From the human T2T-CHM13v2.0 reference genome, Homo sapiens: a DNA stretch of 64,000 nucleotides. Every line of letters starts with the position of its first letter. The first letter of the stretch is position 1. The position numbers were made by a program, and so were the translations under genes. The notes beneath the pieces were generated by a model. The model had not been told where the DNA came from. It searched no databases and worked only from the letters and a program-made list of their open reading frames with translations. The stretch lies in NCBI RefSeq assembly GCF_009914755.1, contig NC_060926.1; one strand, 5' to 3'. Positions 43,530 to 63,729 of the stretch are shown piece by piece.

Positions 43530-44180
43530 ATTAACCCTTTATTATGTTCCAGTCATTGTCCTAAGTATTTCACATGTATTAACTCATTTAATTCTTGTAA
43601 TAATGATGCATGTATAGGCAGGCTGGCTCTATTTCAAAGAGATCAAAGTGTGTATAATGGCTCCACCATCATAGTAGCTGGTTTCTGTCTCCTGTGACAG
43701 CTTTGGATTGGACAGGTATCTAGGTCAACAGGATGGTCCTTCTTGCAGTCATCCAGGGACTCTGACTGATGGAAGCTCTGCTGTCCTCAAACTTGTTTTC
43801 CAAGATTACTTTGAAAAACTAGACTCTATTTTAACCGTCGGGATGGTGAAAGCAGGTAGAAGATACCCGAAGAAGGTTTTTAGGGGCCAGACTGGTGTGG
43901 TTCACATTGCCTACACCCATACTCTACTGGCTAATCAGTTGTGGGGCTACAATAAACATCAAAGGAGGCTGGGAAGTGTATTCTAGCTGTGTGCGCTGGA
44001 AGAAGAAGAAAAAGGTTTAGTGAACAACCAGCAGTCTCTGCTATAAACCTATGAGAGGGGTTGCATTATTTTCATTATTTTACATATAGGGAACCTGAGT
44101 ACAGAGCAGATGACTTCTTGAGGTTACAGAGAAATTGCAATTAAAACTCCAGCTGTCTGGCCCCCAATTCTACATGCCTC
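43530..44180 (-). mobile_element. MIR split by an MLT1 LTR
   Basis: ttgtcctaagtatttcacatgtattaactcatttaattctt (left) resumes as aacctatgagagggg...attttacatatagggaacctgag (right). Confidence 0.7.
43611..44045 (-). mobile_element. Old MLT1 (I/J/K-like) LTR
   Basis: gcagtcatccagggactctgactgatggaagctctg; aaaggaggctgggaagtgtattctagctgtgtg...gtgaacaaccagcagtctctgctata. Confidence 0.75.
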
Positions 44181-44759
44181 TTTCCTACCTGGAGCACACT
44201 GTTATGTAAAATTGCCTTTCCTCATGGAAGAGGAAATCAGAACTACAGCCACCAGGACCAGGAAAGTGGGAGAAAAATATATAACTGCTCTGGTAGAAAA
44301 AGATTCCTATGGAAAAAAAAAATTGAGCTGTGGACTGTGCCATGTGCTACTGACACATGGTGCAAGAATTCCAAGCTGATTCCCTAGTACATGATGTACG
44401 ATTCCAAGCTAAGAAATTAATGAGCAAACTGGTTCCTGACTCAAGAAGACCCTCAGATGCTCAGCAGAAGCAAACCTAAAATGACGTTGAAGGGACACGA
44501 CCACAATGAGGGCTGATGTGAATAACAAAGGGGGAAAGGAAACACACAGGAGGAACTCACTTGAAGCTGCATAAGGAAATCAACTCAGTGAAAGATCAGA
44601 TCAAAAGTACGGCTGTAAGTTTCTTTGTTAAGACCTTTCAGCTGGACTAAAACGGCCACCCAGAAAGCAATGTCACACATGACCCATCCCAAGAGGAAAT
44701 GGAAGAGAATTTTAATTTGATGTGTAATAAATTACAATTTTTTAGAAGAACTTTTACCA

Positions 44760-45304
44760 GCTTGGTCTGAAAGAGACTGATACAACTCAAAATGGAAAGT
44801 ATTATCAGAGGCCTCAGCAGTCTCTGGGAAGGAGGCAGCCTGAGAATGCTAAGAACTACAAGTGGGACCACTCCCCATGGACAGGAAGACTCAGAAGACA
44901 GAGCCAATGCCATGGAGAACCATTCCCAGAGGCAGGACTGCAGAGATGCGGCCACATCAATTACAGGATCGAAGTGGACCAGTGATGTCCATATAACTTC
45001 AGTCTCCCACCTTTTCTCCTACAAGTTTGTCTGCTGTAATGAATGCATCTCTGCCTCATCATTACATGTTGGAAGATGATGAACAGGTCATCTGCCTCTT
45101 TATTCCTAGTCTTCTATTCACAAGGAACAATGACTGAGATGAACCTAAAAAACTGCCTGAGGCCCTTTGTCTGCTTCTGGAGCTGATTTGGGGGACAAGA
45201 ACCTGTACTTCAGCCTGAACCTGATCTATGCTGGAATAAGACATTGGAGGAGCGGAGTGTGTTCTACATGTGGGAAGGAGATGGATCACTGGATGCCAGG
45301 AGGA
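44760..45304 (+). mobile_element. MLT1 internal (MaLR-int) relic
   Basis: gccatggagaaccattcccagagg...ggagtgtgttctacatgtgggaaggagatggatcactgg directly abuts an LTR. Confidence 0.6.
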
Positions 45305-45509
45305 CTAGGAAAGCCAGTCAGTAGACATGGCCCCCCAGGAAACACACCCCTCCCTCATGAATCTGCTATGCCTTGGGACTTGCATTCACCAAGAGAGCAT
45401 GGTGGGAATGGTGTTGTGCCCATGCTGGGCCTAACTAACCCTTCCAAAGATCTAGAGGTTTCTACTTTGCAACTTTGGAGCCCTGAGTGGTCATATAAAA
45501 AGTCTGCCT
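45305..45509 (+). mobile_element. MLT1E/F-like LTR, left part
   Basis: catggccccc...ccctccctcatgaatctg...gacttgcattcacca...ggagccctgag...aaaagtctgcct; interrupted by L1. Confidence 0.65.
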
Positions 45510-46105
45510 GCTCTCTAGATTCCTCCTCTCTGGGCAGGGCATCTCTGAAAGAAAGGCAGCAGCTCCAGTCAGGGACCTATAGATAAAACTCCCATCTCCC
45601 TGGACAGAGAAACTGGGGGAAGGGATGGCTGTGGATGCAGCTTCAGCAGACTTAAATGTTCCTGCCTGCCAGCTCTGAAGAGAGCAGCGGATCTACCAGC
45701 ACAGAGCTCGACTCTGCTAAGGGGCAGACTGCCTCCTCAAGTGGGTCCCTGACCCCGGTACCTCCTGACTGGAAGATACCTCCCAGCAGGGTTCAACAGA
45801 CAGCTTATACGGGAGAGCTCCAGCTGGCATCTGATGGGTGCTCCTCTGGGACAAAGCTTCCAGAAGAAGGAAAAGGCTGTAATCTTTGCTGTTCTGCAGC
45901 TTCTGCTGGTGATACCCAGGCAAACAGGGTCTGGAGTGGACCACCAGCAAACTCCAGCAGACCTGCAGCAGAGAGGCCTGACTGTTAGAAGGAAAACTAA
46001 CAAACAGAAAGGAGTAGCATCAACATCAACAAGAAGGACGTCCACACAAAAACCCCATCCAAAGGTCACCAATATCAAAGACCAAAGATAGATAAATACA
46101 TGAAA

Positions 46106-47130
46106 ATGAGGAAAAACCAGCACAAAAAGGCTGAAAATTCCAAAAACCAGAATGCCTCTTCTCCTCCAAAGGATCACAACTCTTTGCCAGCAAGGGAACA
46201 AAACTGGATGGAGAATGAGTTTGATGAATTGACAGAAGTAGGCTTCAGAAGGTGGGTAATAACAAACTCCTACGAGCTAAAGAAGCATGTTTAGCTTGAA
46301 AGGAATGCAATGCAAGGAAGCTTGAAAACAGGTTAAAGGAATTGCTCACTAGAATAACCAGTTTAGAGAAGAACATAAATGACCTGATGGTGCTGAAAAA
46401 CACAGCACAAAAACTTCGTGAAGTATACACAAGTAAAAATAGCCAAATCGATAAAGCAGAAGAAAGGATATCAGAGACTGAAGATCAACTTAATGAAATA
46501 AAGCATGAAGACAAGATTAGGGAAAAAAGAATGAAAAGGAACGAACAAAGCCTCCAAAAAATATGGGAATATGTGAAAAGACCAAATCTACATTTGATTG
46601 GTGTATCTGAAAGTGATGGGGAGAATGGAACCAAGTTGGAAAACACTCTTCAGGATATTATCCCGGAGAACTTCCCCAACCTAGCAAGATAGGCCAACAT
46701 TCAGGAAATTCAGGAAATACAGAGAACACCACAAAGATACTCCATGAGAAGATCGACCCCAAGACACATAATTGTCAGAGACACCAAGGTTGAAATGAAG
46801 GAAAAAATGGTAAGGGCAGCCAGAGAGAAAGGTCAGGTTACCCATAAAGGGAAGCCCATCAGACTAAAAGTGGCTTTCTCTGCAGAAACCCTACAAGCCA
46901 GAAGAGAGTGGGGGCCAATATACAACATTCTTAAAGAAAAGAATTTTCAACCCAGAATTTCATTTCCAGCCAAACTAAGCTTCATAAGCAAAGAAGGAAT
47001 AAAATCCTTTATAGACAAGCAAATGCTGAGATATTTTTGTCACTACCAGGCCTGCTTTACAAGAGCTCCTGAAGGAAATATGGAAAGGAAAAACCAGTAC
47101 CAGCCACCGCAAAAACATACTAAATTGTAA
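46106..47130 (+). pseudogene. Disrupted L1 ORF1p
   Basis: Fragments MRKNQHKKAENSKNQNASSPPKDH, KRPNLHLIGVSESDGENGTKLENTLQDII, AREKGQVTHKGKPIRL. Confidence 0.88.
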
Positions 47131-47193
47131 AGATCATCAACCCTATGAAGAAACTGCATTAACTAATGGGCAAAATAACCAGTTAGCATCAGA

Positions 47194-50950
<3,757 letters not shown>

Positions 50951-51207
50951 ATGTTCTCACTCATAAGCAGGAATTGAACAATGGGAACACATGGACACAG
51001 GGAGGGGAACATCTCACATCGGGGCCTGTCAGGGGGTGGGGAACTAGGGGAGGGATAGCATTAGGAGAAATACCTAATGTAGATGAGGGGCTGATGGGTG
51101 CAGCAAACCACCATGGCACGTGTATACCTATGTAACAAACCTGCACGTTCTGCACATGTATCCCAGAACTTAAACTATAATAACAATTTTTTTAAAAAAG
51201 TCTGCCT

Positions 51208-51526
51208 ACCCTGTGTGACAGGCCACACAGAGACCACATGGAAGGCAATGCCAGGAGGAGAGGCGCTGAAGCCACCTAGTGGGAGAGAGGCCCAGGCCTC
51301 ACCAGCCTCCCAACTGAGCCTAATCTTCCAGCCATCCCCACCAAGAGGCCCAATGCGGGGATGAACCAGCCTAGGCTTTCTAGCCCACCCAAACCCCAGA
51401 CGATTTTTTCCCCAGCCAACATTACATGGAGCAGAGCAATAACTTAAGTTAGAAAGACCCCTCCCAATAAAATGTTCAGTTTTTCTTTTGAGGGTAGTTT
51501 GTGATGCAGCAACAGAAAACCAAAAT
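51208..51526 (+). mobile_element. MLT1E/F-like LTR, right part
   Basis: accctg...gagaccacatgg...cttccagccatccccaccaag...ggtagtttgtgatgcagcaacagaaaaccaaaa. Confidence 0.7.
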
Positions 51527-52174
51527 CGCTGGGGTTTAATCCTTCCTACACCACAAACTCCCAGGCTCCTGTGTGAGCTGACCCACCATCTAGCTCGCCC
51601 TCCTCCGCTGCTCCTTGCCTACACGGGCCCTACTGCTACTCCCATGCCTTGACTGACATTCCCCTAGTTTTGGGGGGTCTTGTCTTCCCCCAAAGAAGCA
51701 AAAGAAAAACTAAAAAAGAGTAAAATACCACAGTATGAAATTAGGAGCTCCAGTGATTAGACAAAAGGAAAAGATTAGAGGAGAGTAAGAAGGGTGAACA
51801 GGGAAAGTCTGCTCCGTGAATGTTAAGCAGTGAACCAACATATGGCACCTATTTCATGCATATTTATGCATATGGATTTATGGTAATGGTATGGCCCATA
51901 TGGAGAAAGCTGTCCACCTGCCAATAGGTGTACTCATCCGAAATGGCCAGATGTCTCTACCTAAACCCAGAGAGCAATTTTGGAGCCATGAAAAGCCAAC
52001 TCAGGTAGAAGTACACTTGCAAAGAAGCCCATTACAAATAAAATTTCAAATTACCTCTGATTTTATGTTAGAAATACAAAATAATGAGGCCAGGAGGTCT
52101 TCCAGAAAACACTAAGTTATTCTGAAGGCCAGATGCCTACAAGGGCATGAGTGTGCAGTTCTTAAGCCCTCATG

Positions 52175-54049
52175 AAATATTTTTCTACATTTTTAATTTT
52201 GAAAATTTCAAATATATACAAATGCAAAAAGAATATCATAATGTCCCCCTTGTCCCCGCCTCTGGGGGTCAGCAATTACCCAACCCCATTTTCCACATTC
52301 CCCATTTTCCACTTCCCCATTTTCCACTTCCCCATTTTCCACTTCCCCATTTTCCACATTGTTTTGAAGAAAATCCAGGACATTTTATAATTTTATTCAC
52401 AAATGTTTCAGTATGTGTCTTTAGAGCGTGAGGATTGTTTTAACGTATCGTGCCTAAAAAATTAACAATAATTCATTCATATCATCATACTGCCAGCCAG
52501 TGTTCCTACTCTAATTGTCTCATAAATGTTATTTTCTCAGTGATTTATTAGTTTGTATCAATATCCAAATAAAGTCCATGTACTGTGATTGGATGACATA
52601 TTTCCTAAATCTCTTTTGCCTATAGATATTTTGCCTCCATCTCTTTCTGTTCCATGCAATTTATTTGTCAAAGAAATAGGTTGTTTGTCCTACAGATATT
52701 TCACAATTTGGAGTTTCCTGATTGTATCCCCAGGGTGTTGTTTTATATGCTTTTTTATCCTTCATATTTTTCATAAATTGGTACTTGGATCTAAAGTTCT
52801 GACGAAATTGGGGTGTTTTCTTCTCCCCCTCCTCCTCCTCCTCTGCAAGACTGCTTGATCAGGAATGTGTGTTTTTCCATTAGGATACCCATAATGCGTT
52901 TGTCTCTCTTTTTGTGATGACAGCAGCCATTGACTATGAGCACTTAGACCCACTAATTCATTAGGAGCTACACAATGGTAGGCAGCATTCTGATGTCATA
53001 TGCCTTCTTCATTTATAAACTAAAATGCTTTATAAAGAGAAACTTTGCCTACCAAGTGGCACACATGGCATGAGAAAGCCAGGGAAAATGCTTGGTTCCC
53101 TTTATTTACTTGTTTTCTACTAACGAGTTGGTTCACTTTCCTTCTCCAAGATTAAACATATGCGTGTTTTTTCAATGAGATTACAAATGCATGGATTTAA
53201 TCCCATTTTATGTGTTTAATCCACTGAGGTTTATATCTCCCCTTTGGCTAATGGGACCCTATTCAAGACAGCTCCTGAGTTTTGCTGTGACCTTGGTAGT
53301 AGTTGTTAGCATCTGTGCTATCTGCCATGACAAGATATTTCATGCTTATTCTTTATATTCCTTGCCCCAAACCTGGAATCAGTCATTTCTCTCAGGCGTT
53401 CTGGTTTCTCTTAATAAGATACAGTATTTCAGGATCACAATCTCAGCTCTAGAGCTCCTCCTCACTTCTGAGTTCATCGTTATTTTCCTAGGACATTTTA
53501 GTTGACAAAACTAGGAAATATGTGTATTTCTGTGTTTTTAAAGGAAATGTAATATATCATGAGTTTATGCTAATACTTCTAATCCAAATCATAATTATAA
53601 GGCTTTTATTTAACCCTTTCAGTCTTAACATCTGTATTTTTTTCTCATACAGTGAATCCCAGTTCTCAATAATACACAAACTGATAGAATTGGAGAACCA
53701 CATAATTATTCCCAGGCTCTGTTTTTATAGCCACAACATACCCACAACAATTTAGAATAGCAATACCAGCACTCCTCCAACAATATGATTACTGTAAAGA
53801 ACTTAAGTTTTGCTTTTTGTTTTGCAAATAGACTTTATCTAAGAATATATTCCATTAGGGATACACAAATTACTGTGTTTTAAAGCCACTTGGAATATTT
53901 CTTTCTGTGTGGTTATGCAACCAACTGGATACATATTTAAAAGTTTCTTTGATTCATTTTATTTTTGAGTTTTAAAGATCATTTTAATTTAAATTTGCTT
54001 TATAATTGTGTAAAATAATTTTGTGGTGCTAAAATCAAATCTATAAAAA

Positions 54050-54050
<1 letters not shown>
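52175..54050 (-). mobile_element. L1MC4/5-like long 3'UTR relic
   Basis: tttaattttgaaaatttcaaatatatacaaa...aaaaattaacaataattc...atccaaataaagtccat...ccccaaacctggaatcagtcatttctc. Confidence 0.7.
52284..52360. repeat. 15/16-bp minisatellite, 5 copies
   Basis: ccccattttccac(a)tt x5. Confidence 0.97.
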
Positions 54051-55975
<1,925 letters not shown>

Positions 55976-55980
55976 TCTTC

Positions 55981-56240
55981 ACATATGTGTGTGTATGTGT
56001 GCATAGAACCATATATATATAAATATATATACATATATAAATATATATATATATATTTGTTTCTCAGCCTTTAGGCTTAGCCTTAGGCTAAGATCAAGTA
56101 CAGAATAAATACTTATTCATATGTGTATATTAATAAATATTAGAATATATATTTATATGAATATAATACAATTTAATATATAAAATGCATATATGTGTAT
56201 ACAAATATATACACATACTTGTATGCATGTGTGTATATAC
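55981..56240. repeat. (TA)n/(TG)n low-complexity tract
   Basis: Alternating TA/TG runs flanking the U2 fragment. Confidence 0.85.
56056..56103 (+). pseudogene. U2 snRNA 5' fragment (3'-truncated retropseudogene) with an internal 12-nt duplication
   Basis: tttgtttctcagcctttaggct[tagccttaggct]aagatcaagtacag versus U2 ATCGCTTCTCGGCCTTTTGGCTAAGATCAAGTGTAG; some differences are CpG-type transitions. Confidence 0.7.
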
Positions 56241-56314
56241 TCACTCTATAAACTGATATTTTCTTGTATAAATTTAAGGGGTACAAGTACAATTTTGTTA
56301 CATGAATATATTAC

Positions 56315-59052
<2,738 letters not shown>

Positions 59053-59329
59053 ATTGCATGGTAGCAAAATCTGAGCTTTTACTGTATCCATCGTCTGAAT
59101 AATGTACATTACACCCATTAAGTAATTTTTTTATCCTCTATTCCCCTCCCACCTCCCCACCCTTCTGAGTCTCCAATGTCTATCAGTCTATACTCTGTAT
59201 ATGTGTATACATTATTTAGGTTTCACTTATAAGTAAAAACATGCAGTATTTGTCTTTCTGTTTCTGAGTTGTTTGACTTAAGATATATTTTTACTCAGTT
59301 GTCATGTTATTTGCAGTTTTTCCATTGAT

Positions 59330-60175
59330 TTGGATGAGGAGGAACTTCCAGATATATGATCATGTTACTTGCAAAGAAAAATGGCATTACTTCTTGCTTT
59401 GCCATTATTGTGCCTCTGGTTTTTTTCTCTTATCTACTTGCTCTGATTAGCATCTGTAACACAATATTCAATAGTACTGGAGGTGGTTGGCATCCCACAT
59501 TAGTGACACAGTCTCTAGTTTTCCCATTAAGCAAAATTCAACTTTTGGGCTGGTACATGCACAAATGCATGCTTGTGTGTGTATTCGTGTTAAGAATATA
59601 TCCATATATTTATATTTTATTTCCATTTTTAAGGATTTTTTTCAAATACTTTTATGTATCTATGGAGATTGGAATGTTTTTCTTCTTATCTCTATAAATA
59701 TGATGGATTGTATTAATGAATTACCTAATATTGAATAACCTTTACATTCCTGGAATAAACTCAGCTTGATAATGACATATTATTTTTAAAGTGCTGTTAA
59801 ATTCTGCTTGCTAATATTTTATCTAATTTTTTTGAAGTAATATATTTCAATTAATATAGTGATTATATCATATATTTACTACAATTATTTGTCAGTTTTA
59901 GTTTTGATGTAATACTTGCTTCACAAAACTATAAGGTTTTTTTCTTCTTTCTCCATACCCACAAGCTTTATAAGTAGTTTTGGAATTTATCTGATTGGTA
60001 GAATTCCTGTCACTCCATCTGAGTTTGATGCCTTCATTGTGAGGGTGCGCTTCAACTATGTTCTTTATTTCTTCTATCATAATTGGTCTGTTAGACTTTG
60101 ACTAAGGTACATTTTGGCAGATTGTATTTTTCTTGACAATTATCTATTTCATCTAGAATTTATGTGCATCTGCAA
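59330..60175 (-). mobile_element. Degraded old L1 ORF2 relic
   Basis: aatattgaataacctttacattcctggaataaactcagcttgat...ctgcttgctaatatttt. Confidence 0.65.
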
Positions 60176-60179
60176 ATAC

Positions 60180-62430
60180 ATGATCTGAATAGGCCTATAC
60201 CTATTAAATAAATTCAATCAATAATAAGTTTCCAAAGAAAGCACTAGGCCTGTATGGATTCACTAGTATATATTACCAAACATTTAAGAAATAAATTATA
60301 TCAATTGTCTATAATCTTTTCCAAAGATAGAAGCAGAAGGAATACTTCCTAACTCATTCTATAAGGCCAGCATTACCCTAATATCAAAGCCAGAGAAGAA
60401 TATCACAAGAAAATAAAACTACAGAGCAACATCTCTCATGAATATAGATACAAAAATTCTCAACAAACCATTAGCAAATAAAATCCAACAATGTAGAAAC
60501 AGAATTATACACCATGACCAAATGGGATTTACCCCAGGTATACGAACCTGATTCAATATTAGAAAATCAATTAATGTAATCCACCATATCGACAGGCTAT
60601 GAAAAAAATCATATGTTCATATTAATTCATACAGTAAAAGCATTTGACAAAACCCAACACCCGTTCATGATAAAACCTCTCAGAGAACTAGGAATAGAAG
60701 GAAATTTCTTCAACTTGATAAAGAACATGTACAAAAACAAACCCCACAGCTAACATCATATTTAACAGTAAGAAAATTGAAGCTTTCTTGATAAGATCAA
60801 GAACAAGGCAAGGATGTCTCCTCTCCCCACTGTTCTTCAACACTGTATTGGAAGTACTAGCTAATTCAATAACATAAGAAAAGGAGATAAAACATATACT
60901 TATTTGGAAGAAATAAATAAAACTGTCTTTGCTTCCAGATAACATGATTGTTTATGTAGATAAAACAAAAGAATCAACCAAAAAAAGCTCTTGGAACTAA
61001 TAAATCATTATCAAGGTTGCAATATACAAAAAAAAGGTTAACATACAAAAATCAATCACTTTCCTATATACTAGCAATGAAAAAGTAGAATTTGAAATTA
61101 AAAACACATTACCATTGACATTGGCACCCCAAAAATAAAATAGGTATAAATCCAACAACATTCACATATGATCTCTCTAAAGAAAACTATAAAACTGTAG
61201 GGAAAGACAACAAATAACTAAATAAATGGAAAGATATTCCATGCTAATGGATAGGAAGACTCAATATTGTCAAAATGGCAGTTTTTCCCATTTGCTCTAT
61301 AGATTCAACACAATTCCCATCAAATCCTAGCATGTTATTTTTGTGAGTATTAAATTGATTCTAAAGTTTATAATGGAGAGACAAAAGATCCAAAATAGCC
61401 AACTAAATATTAAATGAGAAGAACAAAGTTGAAGGACTGACACTACCCAGCTTTAAGACTTACTATAAAGCTACAGTGATCAAGACAGCAAGGTATTGGT
61501 GAAAGAATAGACAATTAGATCAACAGAACAGAATAGAAAGCCCAGAAAAAGACTCAAATAAATATAACAGATATTTGATAAATGAGTAAAGATAATACAA
61601 TAGCACAAAGGTAAGTGTCTTCAAGCAGTGCTGGAATGATTGGAAAGGCACATGTAAAAAAATGAATTTAGACACAGATCTTATACACTTCACAAAAAAT
61701 TAACTCACAGTGGATCACAGACTTAAATATAAAATGTAAGACTATACAACTCCTAGAAACTAACAAATGACAATGCCTTTTTAGATACACCACCAAAATT
61801 AAAAACTTCTGCTCTGCAAAAGACACTGTCAAAAGAATTAGAAGACAAGCCACCGATTGGCAGAAAATACTTACAAAAGACATGTCTGATAAAAGACTGC
61901 TATCTAAAACACACAAATAACTCTTTAAACTCAACAATGGGAAAACAAACCATCTAACTGAAAATGGGCAAAAGCCCTGAACAGAAACCTAGCCAAAAAG
62001 CCATGCATATGGCAACTAAGCATATGAAAAGATGGACAACATCATACATCATTAAGGAATTGCAAATTAAAACAATAAGAAGATACCACTACACATCTAT
62101 TAGAATGGCTAAAATCTAAAACACCAACATCAAATGCTGACAAGGATGTGAAGCAACAGGAACAGGATGTGAAAGAAGCTAATCTGCAAAGGCTACATAC
62201 TCTGTGACTCCAACTATAAGACATATTGGGAAAAGCAAAACCACAGAGATAGTAGAAAGATTAGTGGTTGCAGAGGCAGCTGGAAGAGAGGTATAAACAA
62301 GCAGAGCACAGAGGAACTTTAAGGCAATGAAACTATTGTGTACAATATTATAATGGTGGATAGATGTCATTATACCTTTGTCAAAACCCATGGAATATAT
62401 CACACCAAGAGTGAACACTTCTTTAAACTC
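60180..62430 (+). mobile_element. L1MC-like ORF2 and 3'UTR (5' truncated)
   Basis: cttcctaactcattctataaggccagcattacc, aacaaggcaaggatgtctcctctcc, and 3'UTR gtcattatacctttgtcaaaacccatggaatatatcacaccaagagtgaac. Confidence 0.85.
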
Positions 62431-63039
62431 TTTGCATTCACATGTGAACGGAAATGAAAAATGTTTTCCCTATTTCATCTGCTGTTTACAAATAAGCCCA
62501 CTACTGTCCAGTAATTATCCAGGAGTGCTTTGAGTCTTCTGCTCTCAGATCTATAAGATATTGTGTTGCTTCCCTCGGCTTACTCCTTCCAGATGCTGGT
62601 GCCACATGGACTTAGCTATAGGGAATTTGTCCCCAATAGCTTTCATCTTGAGGCTTGTGGATAAAACTTGCTACCTAGTTTTATTGCAGATGTGGTCCAT
62701 TTTGCTCTACCTGTTTGTATGGAGGACCTGAAGAGATCAAAAAATTACACTTAGACTATCACCGTCATCCCATCATTACCCCTTCTGATTTTTCCTCAAG
62801 CAACCAAACATTCTAGAATATTAAAATATTTGAGCCCACTTTTCAACCTCAGGCTAATGCCACAGTAAATGGACTCCCCTCACCCCCTCCTACACTACAT
62901 ATGTAAAGGTTCTGTTTATTGAGTGCTTTTCCACGTCTGTGCTCATTTTTAATTTAAAATTTCAGACCCCGTCCTCACAATAATTTTTTAAAGTAGACAT
63001 TGCTGGCCCTGAATAGATCCTTTGCTCCTCCTCAAGTCA

Positions 63040-63293
<254 letters not shown>

Positions 63294-63729
63294 TGAAAGC
63301 TTACCCTTCTATGGCGGAGTTTTATCTTCAAGCGTCTACTGACCAGAGCGTTTTCTGGGACTCCCCTGCCCCTTTGCTCCCTTGCTGGCAGGCCAGGCCT
63401 GTGTTTTCCTCCACAGTTCCCCGTGGAACTGTGCAGTCCCTCTTCAGAGACTGTTCCAGCCTCAGGGGTGACGCCACGAGCTAAGATCTGGATAGGTGGT
63501 GGGGTGCATGATTGCAACCAGGTGTCTTCCTTCCCCAGGGCTGGATGAGACTCTGGCCGGGGGGGGAAAGAGACAGTCTGTGGCGGACTCCCATTCTCCT
63601 GCCTCTGCACAGGCTACTTTCTGGCATTCCTGCTCCCTTGCAGAGCTCCTGGAAAGGGGACAGTGCATTCCTGAAAACGCAAAGCCTCTTCTGTATCAAT
63701 TACTCCGTTCTTGCCTGGGCTCCACACAG

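Noticed and set aside
43150-44600. Possible HAL1/L1ME 5'-end relic on the plus strand
   Set aside because: The resemblance is too weak to annotate by eye.
51840-51905. Repeated atgcatat/catatg motifs (POU-like)
   Set aside because: Short, AT-rich and explicable as a small local duplication; insufficient support.
59330-62430. Possible second twin-priming inversion at ~60175
   Set aside because: The two opposed L1 pieces cover overlapping ORF2 sequence and differ visibly in decay, which indicates independent elements.
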